From an uncultured Gammaproteobacteria bacterium (GTDB taxonomy: Bacteria > Cyanobacteriota > Vampirovibrionia > JBFMGH01), in the NCBI GenBank assembly GCA_964517135.1, contig CAZFBA010000008.1:40064-104063 (forward strand): a stretch of 64,000 nucleotides of DNA. Direction: 5' to 3'. A program made the position numbers and the translations under genes. This document shows positions 30,337 to 39,725 of the stretch, piece by piece; position 1 is the stretch's first letter; the number at the start of each line of letters is the position of its first letter. The notes below the pieces were generated by a model that saw only the letters and a list, made by a program, of their open reading frames with translations, had not been told where the DNA came from and did no database searches.

Positions 30337-32625
30337 TTGAGAGGAATAAATAATTTGACGATCACTGATAGTGAAAATAAAAATAAATCAGGGCTAGCGA
30401 AATACTTTAAATATCTACTAACTCTTGAAGGAAAAAGACTTGTTATACTTGTCGTTACTCTATTATTGATTACACTGGTGCTTTCGAGTCGCTATTTTTC
30501 TTTTTATTCAGTCATTTCAAATGGTGTAAGCAACCAGACAATTGTAGCCCATAAGACGATAGAAGTCGTGGATGAAGAAGAAACTCTGAATAGAAAGCGT
30601 GAAGAAGCAGCAAAAGTTAAACCAGTTTTGAAACCTGTTGAAGAAAATGTTGATGAAATACTCCAGGATAACCTTAGAGAGATTGAAGAGAAAATAATAG
30701 AGCTCAGACAACATTCAAAAGATGAGCCAATAAAGGATCTAGTTAAGAATACAAGGCTTGAATCCATAGATACAAAGATACTTAACTATCTGGTTAGAGA
30801 TGCCAGTGATTATAACTGGGAAAATATTATAAGAAAAGAGGCCAGTGCAGTATTAACATCTATACTGGATAGGAAATTTACTGCAAGCGATCTGCGTGAA
30901 AGTAAATCGGGGCTCATTAGGCCATATCTTAAGAGAGCTACAACAGAAACAAATTCTGACGCTATTGTAGCTATTGTTAGCGCTGCACTTGATAGACCTA
31001 ATTATATTATTGATGAGGAAGCAACTAACATTGAACGAAAAAATAAGATGGAAACAGTTGATCCTGTTATTGTGCAATTTGAAAAAGGTCATGTAGTAGT
31101 ATCAAAAGATGATAAAGTAAGCCCCAAACATTATGAAGCCCTGAAAAAGCTGGGTTATACTGTTAAGCATATTGATTGGTCCGTTATATTTGGTATTGTA
31201 TGTCTTGTTATTATTGCAATATATATTGTATGGTATTACCTGTCACGCCATGAGCCTGAATATGCTAATTCTACAAGGTATCTGGCTCTTATTGCAACAA
31301 TGGTTTTAATCACTCTTATTCTTATCAGAATGATACCTTATCTTTCAAGGCTGTTTCATTTTGATATACCAGTATATGTAATACCTGTTCCGGCTATGAC
31401 ACTTATATTGTCGTTCTTTATTAATGCTCGTGTTGCTCTTTTATCTACTGCAATGTTATTGTTGATGGTTGGAGTGGTGTTTCATTTTTCTATTGAAGGT
31501 ATTTCGGTTCTTCTAGTTGGCGTTATTGCAGCTGTGTTTGAATCCAGTAAAATGCGCTATTACAGAGATTTCTCACTAATAGAATGCGGGGTTAATGTAG
31601 GTCTGGCACAGTTATTGGTTGTGTTGTGTAATTATTTTATTACCAACAACGTTTTTTACAGCGTTGAACTTCAGGAACTATTTATAAAATGCTGTATTGC
31701 TCTTGTAAGTGGCTTCTTAACTGGTGCTCTGACAATTGTTGCTATGCCCTATCTGGAGGCTATTTTTAAAATTATTACTGCTCACGGCCTTATGGAGCTT
31801 GCAGACCATAACCAACCGCTTTTAAGACAGTTACAGTTTGAAGCACCAGGTACCTATCACCATAGTTTGATGGTGTCAACACTTGCAGAAGCTGCTGCAG
31901 AGGCTATAGGTGCTTCAACAGTTCTTGTAAGGGTAGGTGCATTTTATCATGACATAGGTAAACTAAAGAGACCGGCTTATTTTATTGAAAATCAGGCTTA
32001 TCTTGGTATTGAAAACCCTCATGATAAGCTTAATCCCAAGTTAAGTAAAATGGTTCTTATGGCTCATGTCAAAGATGGCATGGATCTTGCCCGCCAATAT
32101 AAGCTACCTAAAGCACTTAAAGACTTGATTAATGAGCACCACGGTGATGGAGTAATGCTTTATTTTTATCGAACTGCGCTTGAAACAGAAGGAGAAGATA
32201 AAATACACAAAGAGCAATTTAGATATTCAGGCCCTAAGCCATGTTCAAAAGAAAGTGCTATAATAATGCTTGCAGATGCAACAGAATCGGCTGTTAGATC
32301 CCTTAAAAATCCTAGTATAACTGCAATAGAAGAAAAAGTCATGACTATTATTAATGAACGTCTTGATGATGAGCAACTTTCAGACTCTCCGCTTACATTG
32401 CGTGATATTAAAGTGATTTCTCAAACCTTCATAAGGATTCTCAAAGGAATGCAGCACCACAGAATAGACTACCACGAAACAATACTGAAAGAACTTGGTG
32501 ATAAGCACTTTGAACAGGCTAAAAATAAAATTGAAAAGATAGAAAAGCTACAAGATAAAACAAATAAAACTGATAGTGACAATAAAAATATAGACGAAGA
32601 AACAAAAGATGAAATGCCCGGTTAG
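30337..32625 (+). CDS. 7TM-HD membrane phosphohydrolase (PgpH/YqfF-like)
   Basis: 762 aa; N-terminal extracytoplasmic domain, 7 TM helices, HD domain (HHSLMVSTLAEAAAEAIGA...AFYHDIGKLKRP). TTG start; lysine/acidic C-terminal tail. ybeY immediately downstream. Confidence 0.85.
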   Translation: MRGINNLTITDSENKNKSGLAKYFKYLLTLEGKRLVILVVTLLLITLVLSSRYFSFYSVISNGVSNQTIVAHKTIEVVDEEETLNRKREEAAKVKPVLKPVEENVDEILQDNLREIEEKIIELRQHSKDEPIKDLVKNTRLESIDTKILNYLVRDASDYNWENIIRKEASAVLTSILDRKFTASDLRESKSGLIRPYLKRATTETNSDAIVAIVSAALDRPNYIIDEEATNIERKNKMETVDPVIVQFEKGHVVVSKDDKVSPKHYEALKKLGYTVKHIDWSVIFGIVCLVIIAIYIVWYYLSRHEPEYANSTRYLALIATMVLITLILIRMIPYLSRLFHFDIPVYVIPVPAMTLILSFFINARVALLSTAMLLLMVGVVFHFSIEGISVLLVGVIAAVFESSKMRYYRDFSLIECGVNVGLAQLLVVLCNYFITNNVFYSVELQELFIKCCIALVSGFLTGALTIVAMPYLEAIFKIITAHGLMELADHNQPLLRQLQFEAPGTYHHSLMVSTLAEAAAEAIGASTVLVRVGAFYHDIGKLKRPAYFIENQAYLGIENPHDKLNPKLSKMVLMAHVKDGMDLARQYKLPKALKDLINEHHGDGVMLYFYRTALETEGEDKIHKEQFRYSGPKPCSKESAIIMLADATESAVRSLKNPSITAIEEKVMTIINERLDDEQLSDSPLTLRDIKVISQTFIRILKGMQHHRIDYHETILKELGDKHFEQAKNKIEKIEKLQDKTNKTDSDNKNIDEETKDEMPG

Positions 32626-32637
32626 TATTAGCTAGAA

Positions 32638-33165
32638 ATGGTATGCATTATGAGTGTAACAATTTCATTTAGTTCAAGTGTAAAAATCGAAGAGCGGATA
32701 AATTTATCTGAAGACTATGTGGAAAGGATATTGCAGTCGCTGGCAGAGCTTATATTTTCTGACTCTCAGATTATAGCTATGTCTGATTTTAGTGATTCTC
32801 TGGAGGATGAGGATTTAGAAGCAGAAATTGGTTTTTATTTCTGTGATGACGAAGAAATGCAGGAGTTAAACTTAAAATATCGTGATTTAGATGCTCCAAC
32901 AGATGTTCTGTCATTTTCAATGCAGGATGAAGATACCTCTGTTGATCTGCCGGTTTTTTCTCTTGGTGAAGTTATTATTTCTACGGATAAACTGGCAGAG
33001 CAGGCACGGCAAAATGAACATTCAAACCTCAATGAGCTTATTATTCTTGCCAGCCACGGTGTCCTTCACCTGCTTGGTATACACCATGAAACGAGTAAAG
33101 AGCTCCACGATATTCTGGATATACAACAAAGGCTTCTTGAAGCCATTCTGGATTATTATGAATAG
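32638..33165 (+). CDS. ybeY: rRNA maturation endoribonuclease YbeY
   Basis: 175 aa; zinc-binding SHGVLHLLGIHHE motif (H..LHL.G.DH) near the C-terminus; acidic N-terminal segment; start uncertain. Confidence 0.8.
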   Translation: MVCIMSVTISFSSSVKIEERINLSEDYVERILQSLAELIFSDSQIIAMSDFSDSLEDEDLEAEIGFYFCDDEEMQELNLKYRDLDAPTDVLSFSMQDEDTSVDLPVFSLGEVIISTDKLAEQARQNEHSNLNELIILASHGVLHLLGIHHETSKELHDILDIQQRLLEAILDYYE

Positions 33166-33166
33166 C

Positions 33167-34891
33167 CTATTTCAATGACTCTGCCCATGCCAGCATAAAC
33201 ACCAGCGGGGCATTATAGTCAATAGCATATTCATTGGTGGCATAAGATTTTTTGTTATCAATATAGCTTTTTATTTTCAGTCCAGGTATTGCGACATTAT
33301 CATTTGCTGTATCGTTAGGGCCTCCAACCATAAAGCCAGGTAGTGTTTCTCCTGTTGCCATCATATAGCGATGATGTATATTTTGAGGTGGGTTGTCACC
33401 CAGGCCTGTTACAAAAGACTTATTAAGCGGGTTGCACCCAAATACATAGTTGATTGTTTTTAAACCATAATCTTTGTAAATGACTTTGCCTGTTAGTTTA
33501 TAGGCATATGCTAGTGTGATACCTTCGCTTAAAATCGTAGCGTTTGAAGCCCACCTGAATTTATCCATGGGTATAAAATAAGGGTTAGAGCTCATTTGGG
33601 CAACAATATTGCTGGCATTTTTTATTATTAGTTGTTTCATTGATTCTTTAAGCTGTAAATCTTTACAGTCGCTGGTTGCTATTTCAATAATGCCCATAAT
33701 AGCCGTGTTTTTCCAGGAAAAATGATCATAATCGACCCGGTCAACATTATTTTTAAAGTAATTGAGATAGGCAGGATCTTTTGTGGCCAGATATAATTCG
33801 GCTGAAGCCCAGACAAGTTCGTCCTGATCGCTGTAGGCAAAGCGTTCAGTGTCATAGTTAGGATCAGGATATCCACCGGAACCGCTGTTATCAGAAGACT
33901 GATAATCAGTATTGTTTGGGAATGTTATCATGTGATTCCAGGCTTTTATGGCTGCATTTAGATATTTGTCAGAGCTTTCAGTATTGTAGTTTCTGAATAT
34001 TCTTGATGCTTTTGCCATGGTGGCAGCGAATTTACCTGTTTCCTGGCTAGATATGCCATATATATACCGTTTTTGAGTGTCATCCTGTGCGAGTGTGGTA
34101 TCAGAAGGCCAGTTTTCTCCTGAACATTTTCTGTATACTGCGCCGTCTTCCCTTTGCAATTTTAGCATCCAGTCAAGTGCATAGCGGGTTTCTTCCAGTA
34201 TATCAGGCAAGTCAGAGTCATTATCCTTATAATACATATGTATTTGTTTTGTCTCAGTATTTATTTCGCTGGTTGCCATTAGCAGTGCAGCTGCTATTGT
34301 AGTAGAAGCTATATATTTCCCGTAGTCACCAGCATCATGCCAGCCACCCGTAGCATCTATCTTTGTTTCAGCTGTATTATAGCTGTCTGTTCTTTTTATG
34401 TAACCGTCATTTCTGTGGCATGGTGGATGTAGTAAAGTGTTATTTTTGTATTTGACTTCTCTTCCACAATTCTGAAGGTAAAAAGTTGATGTAGTAAGCT
34501 TTAGTGCTGTATTATAGATCCTGTATTCTATTCTGAAATCAAAGGATCTGTTGTTTTTATACTTTATAAAATAGTCACCAGGTGTCTTAAGGCTATCAAA
34601 TGTAATTTTACTTACTTTATTACCTGTGAATTTGTCAATTATTGGTTGATGAATTTCAGCATTCATAATGACTTTATTGGTTTTAGATTCTATTATCTCT
34701 GCAATGCCGGCATTACCAGGATTCTCAATCAGAGCATATTTTTCAGTTGAAGGATAATACCCGATCTGGTTTACGTATATCTCCTGTGCTATTGTGTTAT
34801 TTAATACGCATGAAACCCATAAGCCGGCTGTTAAGAAGGCAGTTATGAATATTATGAAGTTCTTTGAGCGTTTCTGTAACATATTGGTCAA
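33167..34891 (-). CDS. Glycoside hydrolase family 9 endoglucanase with N-terminal Ig-like domain
   Basis: 574 aa with signal peptide. IDATGGWHDAGDYGKY GH9 signature, N-terminal Ig-like domain (YVNQIGYYPSTEKYALI), C-terminal catalytic-region motifs. Confidence 0.85.
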   Translation of the reverse strand: MTNMLQKRSKNFIIFITAFLTAGLWVSCVLNNTIAQEIYVNQIGYYPSTEKYALIENPGNAGIAEIIESKTNKVIMNAEIHQPIIDKFTGNKVSKITFDSLKTPGDYFIKYKNNRSFDFRIEYRIYNTALKLTTSTFYLQNCGREVKYKNNTLLHPPCHRNDGYIKRTDSYNTAETKIDATGGWHDAGDYGKYIASTTIAAALLMATSEINTETKQIHMYYKDNDSDLPDILEETRYALDWMLKLQREDGAVYRKCSGENWPSDTTLAQDDTQKRYIYGISSQETGKFAATMAKASRIFRNYNTESSDKYLNAAIKAWNHMITFPNNTDYQSSDNSGSGGYPDPNYDTERFAYSDQDELVWASAELYLATKDPAYLNYFKNNVDRVDYDHFSWKNTAIMGIIEIATSDCKDLQLKESMKQLIIKNASNIVAQMSSNPYFIPMDKFRWASNATILSEGITLAYAYKLTGKVIYKDYGLKTINYVFGCNPLNKSFVTGLGDNPPQNIHHRYMMATGETLPGFMVGGPNDTANDNVAIPGLKIKSYIDNKKSYATNEYAIDYNAPLVFMLAWAESLK

Positions 34892-34961
34892 CTCCCTGGT
34901 TCTGGTATTAAAATGTTTTCAGGAAAAGTTTGGTAACGATGATATCGATTTTAATTCAATT

Positions 34962-35342
34962 ATGACGGCAAATAAAGCAAAAAATGTTTTTGAAAGTTTT
35001 AATTATGCCCTTAATGGTATTGAATATGCTTTGAAAACACAGCGCAACCTCAGAATACACTCTGTTATAGCAGTGCTGGTAATCATATTGTCTGGTTTGT
35101 TGTCTTTAAGTAATTATGAATGGGCAATAGTTGTTTTGTGTATTTCTCTGGTATTCTTTGCAGAGCTTTCTAACACGGCTCTGGAGGTTTTAATGGATTC
35201 TTATTATGGAGATAAGCTTTCTGAGCTGGCTAAAAATGCTAAGGATATTGCAGCTGGTGCAGTTTTCTGTTCTGCTATGGGTTCTTCAATAGTGGGTATA
35301 TTAATTTTTGTTCCTAAAATTCTTGGTTTGATAGTACTTTAG
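34962..35342 (+). CDS. dgkA: Diacylglycerol/undecaprenol kinase DgkA family
   Basis: Start placed at internal ATG 34962 (MTANKAKNVFESFNYALNGIEYALKTQRNLRIH...). LNTALEVLMD and AKDIAAGAVF match DgkA. The upstream Met at 34794 would overlap the GH9 gene. Confidence 0.75.
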   Translation: MTANKAKNVFESFNYALNGIEYALKTQRNLRIHSVIAVLVIILSGLLSLSNYEWAIVVLCISLVFFAELSNTALEVLMDSYYGDKLSELAKNAKDIAAGAVFCSAMGSSIVGILIFVPKILGLIVL

Positions 35343-35356
35343 ATGGTTTAGATTTT

Positions 35357-36484
35357 ATGAGTTTAGTTATTGGTTTACTGGGTAATAAAAATAATTCTGA
35401 TACTTCTCTGAAATGGCAGGGTATAGAAGATGGATTGGCTGTTCTGGGCCATAAGTGTTATTATCTCGATGCATTTGAAACGACAGAAGAGATCAATAAT
35501 GCACGTATAAACATGCTTTTTACTATTAATAAACAGGGTATGGATAAGTGGAAACACCTTTTAGAATTACCTATCCCTTTTGTTATGTGGTCAACAGGGT
35601 TTTCAGTTGACTGTATTGAGCTTATTCAGTCTTATAGAAGCAGGATAAATTTTGTTGTTCTCTCAGATTCAGGTGATTTTCTGAATTATATTCGTTATCG
35701 GTTTCCTGAAATTAAGCAAAGTGTCTTTTATGATGTTTTTGAAACCTTTTATAGTAAGGATAAAGAAGAGAATAAAGTTTATGACGTTTCTTACATAGGA
35801 GATATATCTGATATACGATCCATAAAAAATGAATTGAAACAAAATCTCAGCAATGAAGCATATCAAATTATGCATGATATAGTTACATTGATGCTGAGAA
35901 ATTCTGAAATGACTTTATGGGAAGCTTATCGTTATTATTCTTTAATCTATGGTTATGATAATAGAGATCATGAGCTCTTTATAGATTTATATACCAAGCT
36001 GTCAGGCTATATTACAGATATGAAAAAGATTAACATCCTCTCTAAACTAAAAGGGCAGAGGGTTCATATCTGGGGTGATCCTCTCTGGAAGAAGTATCTG
36101 CCATCCGAGCTGAAATATATGGGTGATATTTCTTCTGATCAGAAAGATGAGATTATTAGAAAGTCTAAAATAGTTCTAAACATCGATGATAGTGAATATG
36201 TACATTCTTTAAATCCTTATGTTTTAAAGATTATGTCTAATAAGACTCTACCTCTTACGACTTATAACATACACATGCAGAGAGAATTTCCTCAAAAAGA
36301 TTATGATATTTACTATAGCCTGATGAATAATGATCATTTAAAGTTAAAAATGAATGATTATCTTGATAATCCGGAAAAAATTCTAACTATGACTGAAGAA
36401 ATCTATGATCATGTTAGCCTGAAGTTTACCTGGCAGGAGAGAATGAAAAAGTTTGAGACAATGTTTGTTGCGGGGTCTAAATGA
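35357..36484 (+). CDS. CgeB-like (Glyco_trans_1_2-type) putative glycosyltransferase, paralog 1
   Basis: 375 aa; C-terminal region (RKSKIVLNIDD...HVSLKFTWQERMKKF) resembles CgeB-family GT C-terminal domains. Clear paralogy with the next gene (GDPLWKKY vs GSPLWKEH; RKSKIVLN vs RKSKIVLH). ATGA overlap with next gene. Confidence 0.5.
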   Translation: MSLVIGLLGNKNNSDTSLKWQGIEDGLAVLGHKCYYLDAFETTEEINNARINMLFTINKQGMDKWKHLLELPIPFVMWSTGFSVDCIELIQSYRSRINFVVLSDSGDFLNYIRYRFPEIKQSVFYDVFETFYSKDKEENKVYDVSYIGDISDIRSIKNELKQNLSNEAYQIMHDIVTLMLRNSEMTLWEAYRYYSLIYGYDNRDHELFIDLYTKLSGYITDMKKINILSKLKGQRVHIWGDPLWKKYLPSELKYMGDISSDQKDEIIRKSKIVLNIDDSEYVHSLNPYVLKIMSNKTLPLTTYNIHMQREFPQKDYDIYYSLMNNDHLKLKMNDYLDNPEKILTMTEEIYDHVSLKFTWQERMKKFETMFVAGSK

Positions 36485-37602
36485 AAGAATTATCAATAGG
36501 TGTATATGGCTCAGACAGCTATCAGGGTGGCGTATACAATATGCTGGCAAGCTTTGGTGTAGGCTTTTATAATGCTTTGAAGAAGACTGATATTACTGTC
36601 AAATATATGAAAGACTATTTTGAATCAGGAGAAATGCCTAATCTAACAGTGGCGTTCAATGTTTCAGGAGTTGAAAGCTGGCACAATACCCTGGATAAAG
36701 GTGTCCCACATATGATGTGGTCTGTTGATTCTCCTTTCTGGCATATGCCTACTATACAGAAGTTTTACAACTACAAACACTTTATTTTTACCGGTGTGTC
36801 TCCGGTTGATAAAGAGCCAGCAGAGTTTTTCTTTCCGGGGCTTGAATATTTGTATATACCTCATGCTTCTGACCCTGAGCAGTGGTATCCTGATGAAACT
36901 GAAAAAGAGTATGACCTTGTTTTTATGTCATCTTTACGTGATTTTAAAGAAGACATAGATGAATTAAAAACCTCTTTGCCTCCTTCTATGTTTGATATGT
37001 TTATGGATATGTATTATTACGCCATGAGAAACCCTGAATCTTCTTTCTGGGAAATATATAGTTTATATTCTGATCTCTATGGCTATAATTTGCACGAGTT
37101 ATCACTTTTCTATGTTTTCTTTATGAAGATTTGTTATGCTGTTACCTATCAAAGACGTATTGATATGGTTAAAAAGCTTAATAATTACAACCTTAAAATA
37201 TGGGGATCTCCTTTATGGAAGGAGCATATAGAAGGAAAAGTTGAGTATATGGGTACTGCTGACTTCTTTGATGCAAATGATATAGTTCGTAAGTCCAAAA
37301 TCGTTCTTCATATACAGCCAATGCAAATTCTTTATGGACTACATGAAAGAGTTCTAAATGCAATGAATTCTGAAGCGTATGTTATATCTGATAACAATGC
37401 ACAAATGGAAGTTACTTTCCCTGATATGATTAGTTATTTTAATAGTTATAGTTTTGAAAATCTTGAAGAGTCTATTGAATACTGTTTAAAAAATGAAGAA
37501 GTGCGTCAGGCAAAGGCAGAAACCGCACGGCAGGCAATCCTGGCCCAGCATACCTGGGATGCCAGAGCTAGCAGTTTTCTAACCCTTCTCAAAGGGAACT
37601 AA
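36481..37602 (+). CDS. CgeB-like (Glyco_trans_1_2-type) putative glycosyltransferase, paralog 2
   Basis: 373 aa; C-terminal RKSKIVLHIQP...AILAQHTWDARASSFLTLL resembles the CgeB-like domain ending (HTW..R). Paralog of the preceding gene. Confidence 0.5.
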   Translation: MKELSIGVYGSDSYQGGVYNMLASFGVGFYNALKKTDITVKYMKDYFESGEMPNLTVAFNVSGVESWHNTLDKGVPHMMWSVDSPFWHMPTIQKFYNYKHFIFTGVSPVDKEPAEFFFPGLEYLYIPHASDPEQWYPDETEKEYDLVFMSSLRDFKEDIDELKTSLPPSMFDMFMDMYYYAMRNPESSFWEIYSLYSDLYGYNLHELSLFYVFFMKICYAVTYQRRIDMVKKLNNYNLKIWGSPLWKEHIEGKVEYMGTADFFDANDIVRKSKIVLHIQPMQILYGLHERVLNAMNSEAYVISDNNAQMEVTFPDMISYFNSYSFENLEESIEYCLKNEEVRQAKAETARQAILAQHTWDARASSFLTLLKGN

Positions 37603-37740
37603 ACCCTTTTAATCCTGTCATAAGTTTTCAAACGATTTTCTGGTATATTTACCGTTGGATTCTCTCTCATTAATGAATACAATAATATCAGGGCACTAGC
37701 TCGCTTGTTTTTGGTTTTTCTCAATGTAGGATCATTTAAT

Positions 37741-38757
37741 ATGAAATTCAAATGGTTCTTTGCAGTATTAATAGTTTCGTTTTTAGTGCTAAATGTTCCT
37801 GTTATAGCACAGTATCAAAAGAATGCCCTAGGCAAGGTTTCTGTAAGTCAGGATGAGCACGAAAATGTTAATGTCTATAAGCTCGCAAGTCCTGCAGTGG
37901 TTACTATAAAGTCTATATATGGTTCTGGTGCTGGTTGTATTATTGATCCATCTGGTATTGTTATAACAAATAAGCATGTTATAGGCTCATCAAGCGTAGT
38001 TCAAATTATGATGGCTGATGGTAACACTTATAATGCTAATCTTATTGACGTGGATAACGATGATCTGGCGTTGATTAAGATAAATGCAAACAGGCAATTT
38101 CCTTATATCAGGATGGGAGATTCTTCAAAGGTTCAAGTAGGTCAGAGGGTGCTTGCAATAGGCAACCCATTTGGGCTTGAAAGAACTCTTACAACAGGTA
38201 TTATCAGTCGTATTGATTATACTCACAACAGGATTCAGACTGATGCTGCAATAAATCCCGGTAATTCAGGAGGCCCGCTTTTGAATGCCAGAGGAGAGTT
38301 AATAGGTATTAATCAGGCTATTCTAAATCCTTCAGGGCGTTCCAGCGCAGGTATTGGTTTTGCTATACCTTCAAATACAGTTAAAAGGTTATTGGTACTT
38401 TCTAAAAACGCCAGAGTGGTTCAGTCCAGAGCTAATCCGCAGATGCCTGGCAGGCAGGCACCTTCAAAGAATTTTCCTTCTATTGTTTATCAAAGTGCGG
38501 TTTTTCTGGGTATTGCTGGTAAGGATATGCCAGACGGCAGGGTTTTAGTTTCAGGTGTAGCCCCGGGTTCGCCTGCTGATAAGGCAGGACTTAGATTTAA
38601 GGATATTGTACTTGCTGTTGATACTATAAAAGTGACTTCATTTAATGATATTGGCTTTGCTCTCAAAGATAAAAAGCCGGGTGATAGAATTAATCTGCTT
38701 TATATGCGTGATGGGATGGTAAATACTGCAACAACAACCTTGGTACCAAGGAATTAG
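37741..38757 (+). CDS. HtrA/DegP-family trypsin-like serine protease with PDZ domain
   Basis: Signal peptide MKFKWFFAVLIVSFLVLNVPVIAQ; catalytic His (ITNKHVIG), Asp (DDLALIKI), Ser (GNSGGPL); C-terminal PDZ (GVAPGSPADKAGLRFKDIVLAVD). Track ORF starts at TTG 37705. Confidence 0.85.
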   Translation: MKFKWFFAVLIVSFLVLNVPVIAQYQKNALGKVSVSQDEHENVNVYKLASPAVVTIKSIYGSGAGCIIDPSGIVITNKHVIGSSSVVQIMMADGNTYNANLIDVDNDDLALIKINANRQFPYIRMGDSSKVQVGQRVLAIGNPFGLERTLTTGIISRIDYTHNRIQTDAAINPGNSGGPLLNARGELIGINQAILNPSGRSSAGIGFAIPSNTVKRLLVLSKNARVVQSRANPQMPGRQAPSKNFPSIVYQSAVFLGIAGKDMPDGRVLVSGVAPGSPADKAGLRFKDIVLAVDTIKVTSFNDIGFALKDKKPGDRINLLYMRDGMVNTATTTLVPRN

Positions 38758-38763
38758 TATAAC

Positions 38764-39708
38764 TCAAAAGCTTGATAGCTTTATTATATAGTTTTTTGCG
38801 TCTGTATTGCTGAGCAATATTTCTTTTAAGTTAAGTTTTTCAAGTATTCCCATTGCTATAACGATTCCAGCGAGGATGACTTCTGCCCTGCTTTCTGTTA
38901 ATCCTGCGTCTTTTCTGAATATTTCATCAGGGTATTTTTCTTTAAACCAGTTAAATCGTTCTTCAATGCTGTATGAGGCAAGTTTAATAGCTGTATATTC
39001 AAGTTCTTCAAATTTTATAGGGCTCATATCATCTTTAGATCGTGTCATCAGGTGCATTATTTTTAATGTGCCGCCTGCACCTGCAAGGTATTCAGGGGTA
39101 GTTTCCGGGCTGAAGTCTTCCAGATCAAACTTTGCAAAGTATTGTATAGCCCTGTTTAGCTTATATTCACTAATTTTACGGTTTAGGCCAAATTCTTCGC
39201 TGACCCTGTTGCATCCTGTCTGAAAGGATTTACCATCTACAAAGTGGTTTTTTTTCCCGGCTGAAAGTTGAAAGCTTCCTCCTCCAATATCAAGTACATA
39301 GTAATAGTTGTTGTTATCATTAGTAATACCTTCTAAGGTTCCTAAAAATGTGTATTCTGATTCTTCTCTTCCGCTTAGAATTTTTGTATGAGGCAGTTTA
39401 TACTTTTCTTTTAGCTGGTTGATAAAATCTTTGCCGTCTGTAGCGTTCCGGCAGGCGGCAGTTGCTGTTACCATTATATTTTGATGGTCAATATTATAAC
39501 TTTCACAGGTTTTTAGATATTCTTCAATATGCTGAATGGCCAGTTCTTTTGATTCAGGGTCAAGATAGCCTGTTTTATGAATACCTTTGCCCAGTCTTGA
39601 CATTCTGCGTTTGATTTCAAGCGGTTCTATTTCCTGATTTTCTTTTATTTCTGCTATAAAAAGTTTAACCGTATTGCTTCCAATGTCGATGACTGATCTT
39701 TTAACCAT
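38764..39708 (-). CDS. ppx: Ppx/GppA-family phosphatase (exopolyphosphatase / guanosine pentaphosphate phosphohydrolase)
   Basis: 314 aa; ASKHA-fold motifs VIDIGSNTVKLFIAE, ATAACRNATDG, VLDIGGGSFQL. Confidence 0.8.
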   Translation of the reverse strand: MVKRSVIDIGSNTVKLFIAEIKENQEIEPLEIKRRMSRLGKGIHKTGYLDPESKELAIQHIEEYLKTCESYNIDHQNIMVTATAACRNATDGKDFINQLKEKYKLPHTKILSGREESEYTFLGTLEGITNDNNNYYYVLDIGGGSFQLSAGKKNHFVDGKSFQTGCNRVSEEFGLNRKISEYKLNRAIQYFAKFDLEDFSPETTPEYLAGAGGTLKIMHLMTRSKDDMSPIKFEELEYTAIKLASYSIEERFNWFKEKYPDEIFRKDAGLTESRAEVILAGIVIAMGILEKLNLKEILLSNTDAKNYIIKLSSF

Positions 39709-39725
39709 TCTTAATCCTTTAATAT

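Noticed and set aside
34794-34961. Upstream extension of dgkA to the Met at 34794
   Set aside because: Would overlap the GH9 gene N-terminus on the opposite strand; DgkA-family proteins are about 120 aa and the ATG at 34962 gives a canonical N-terminus.
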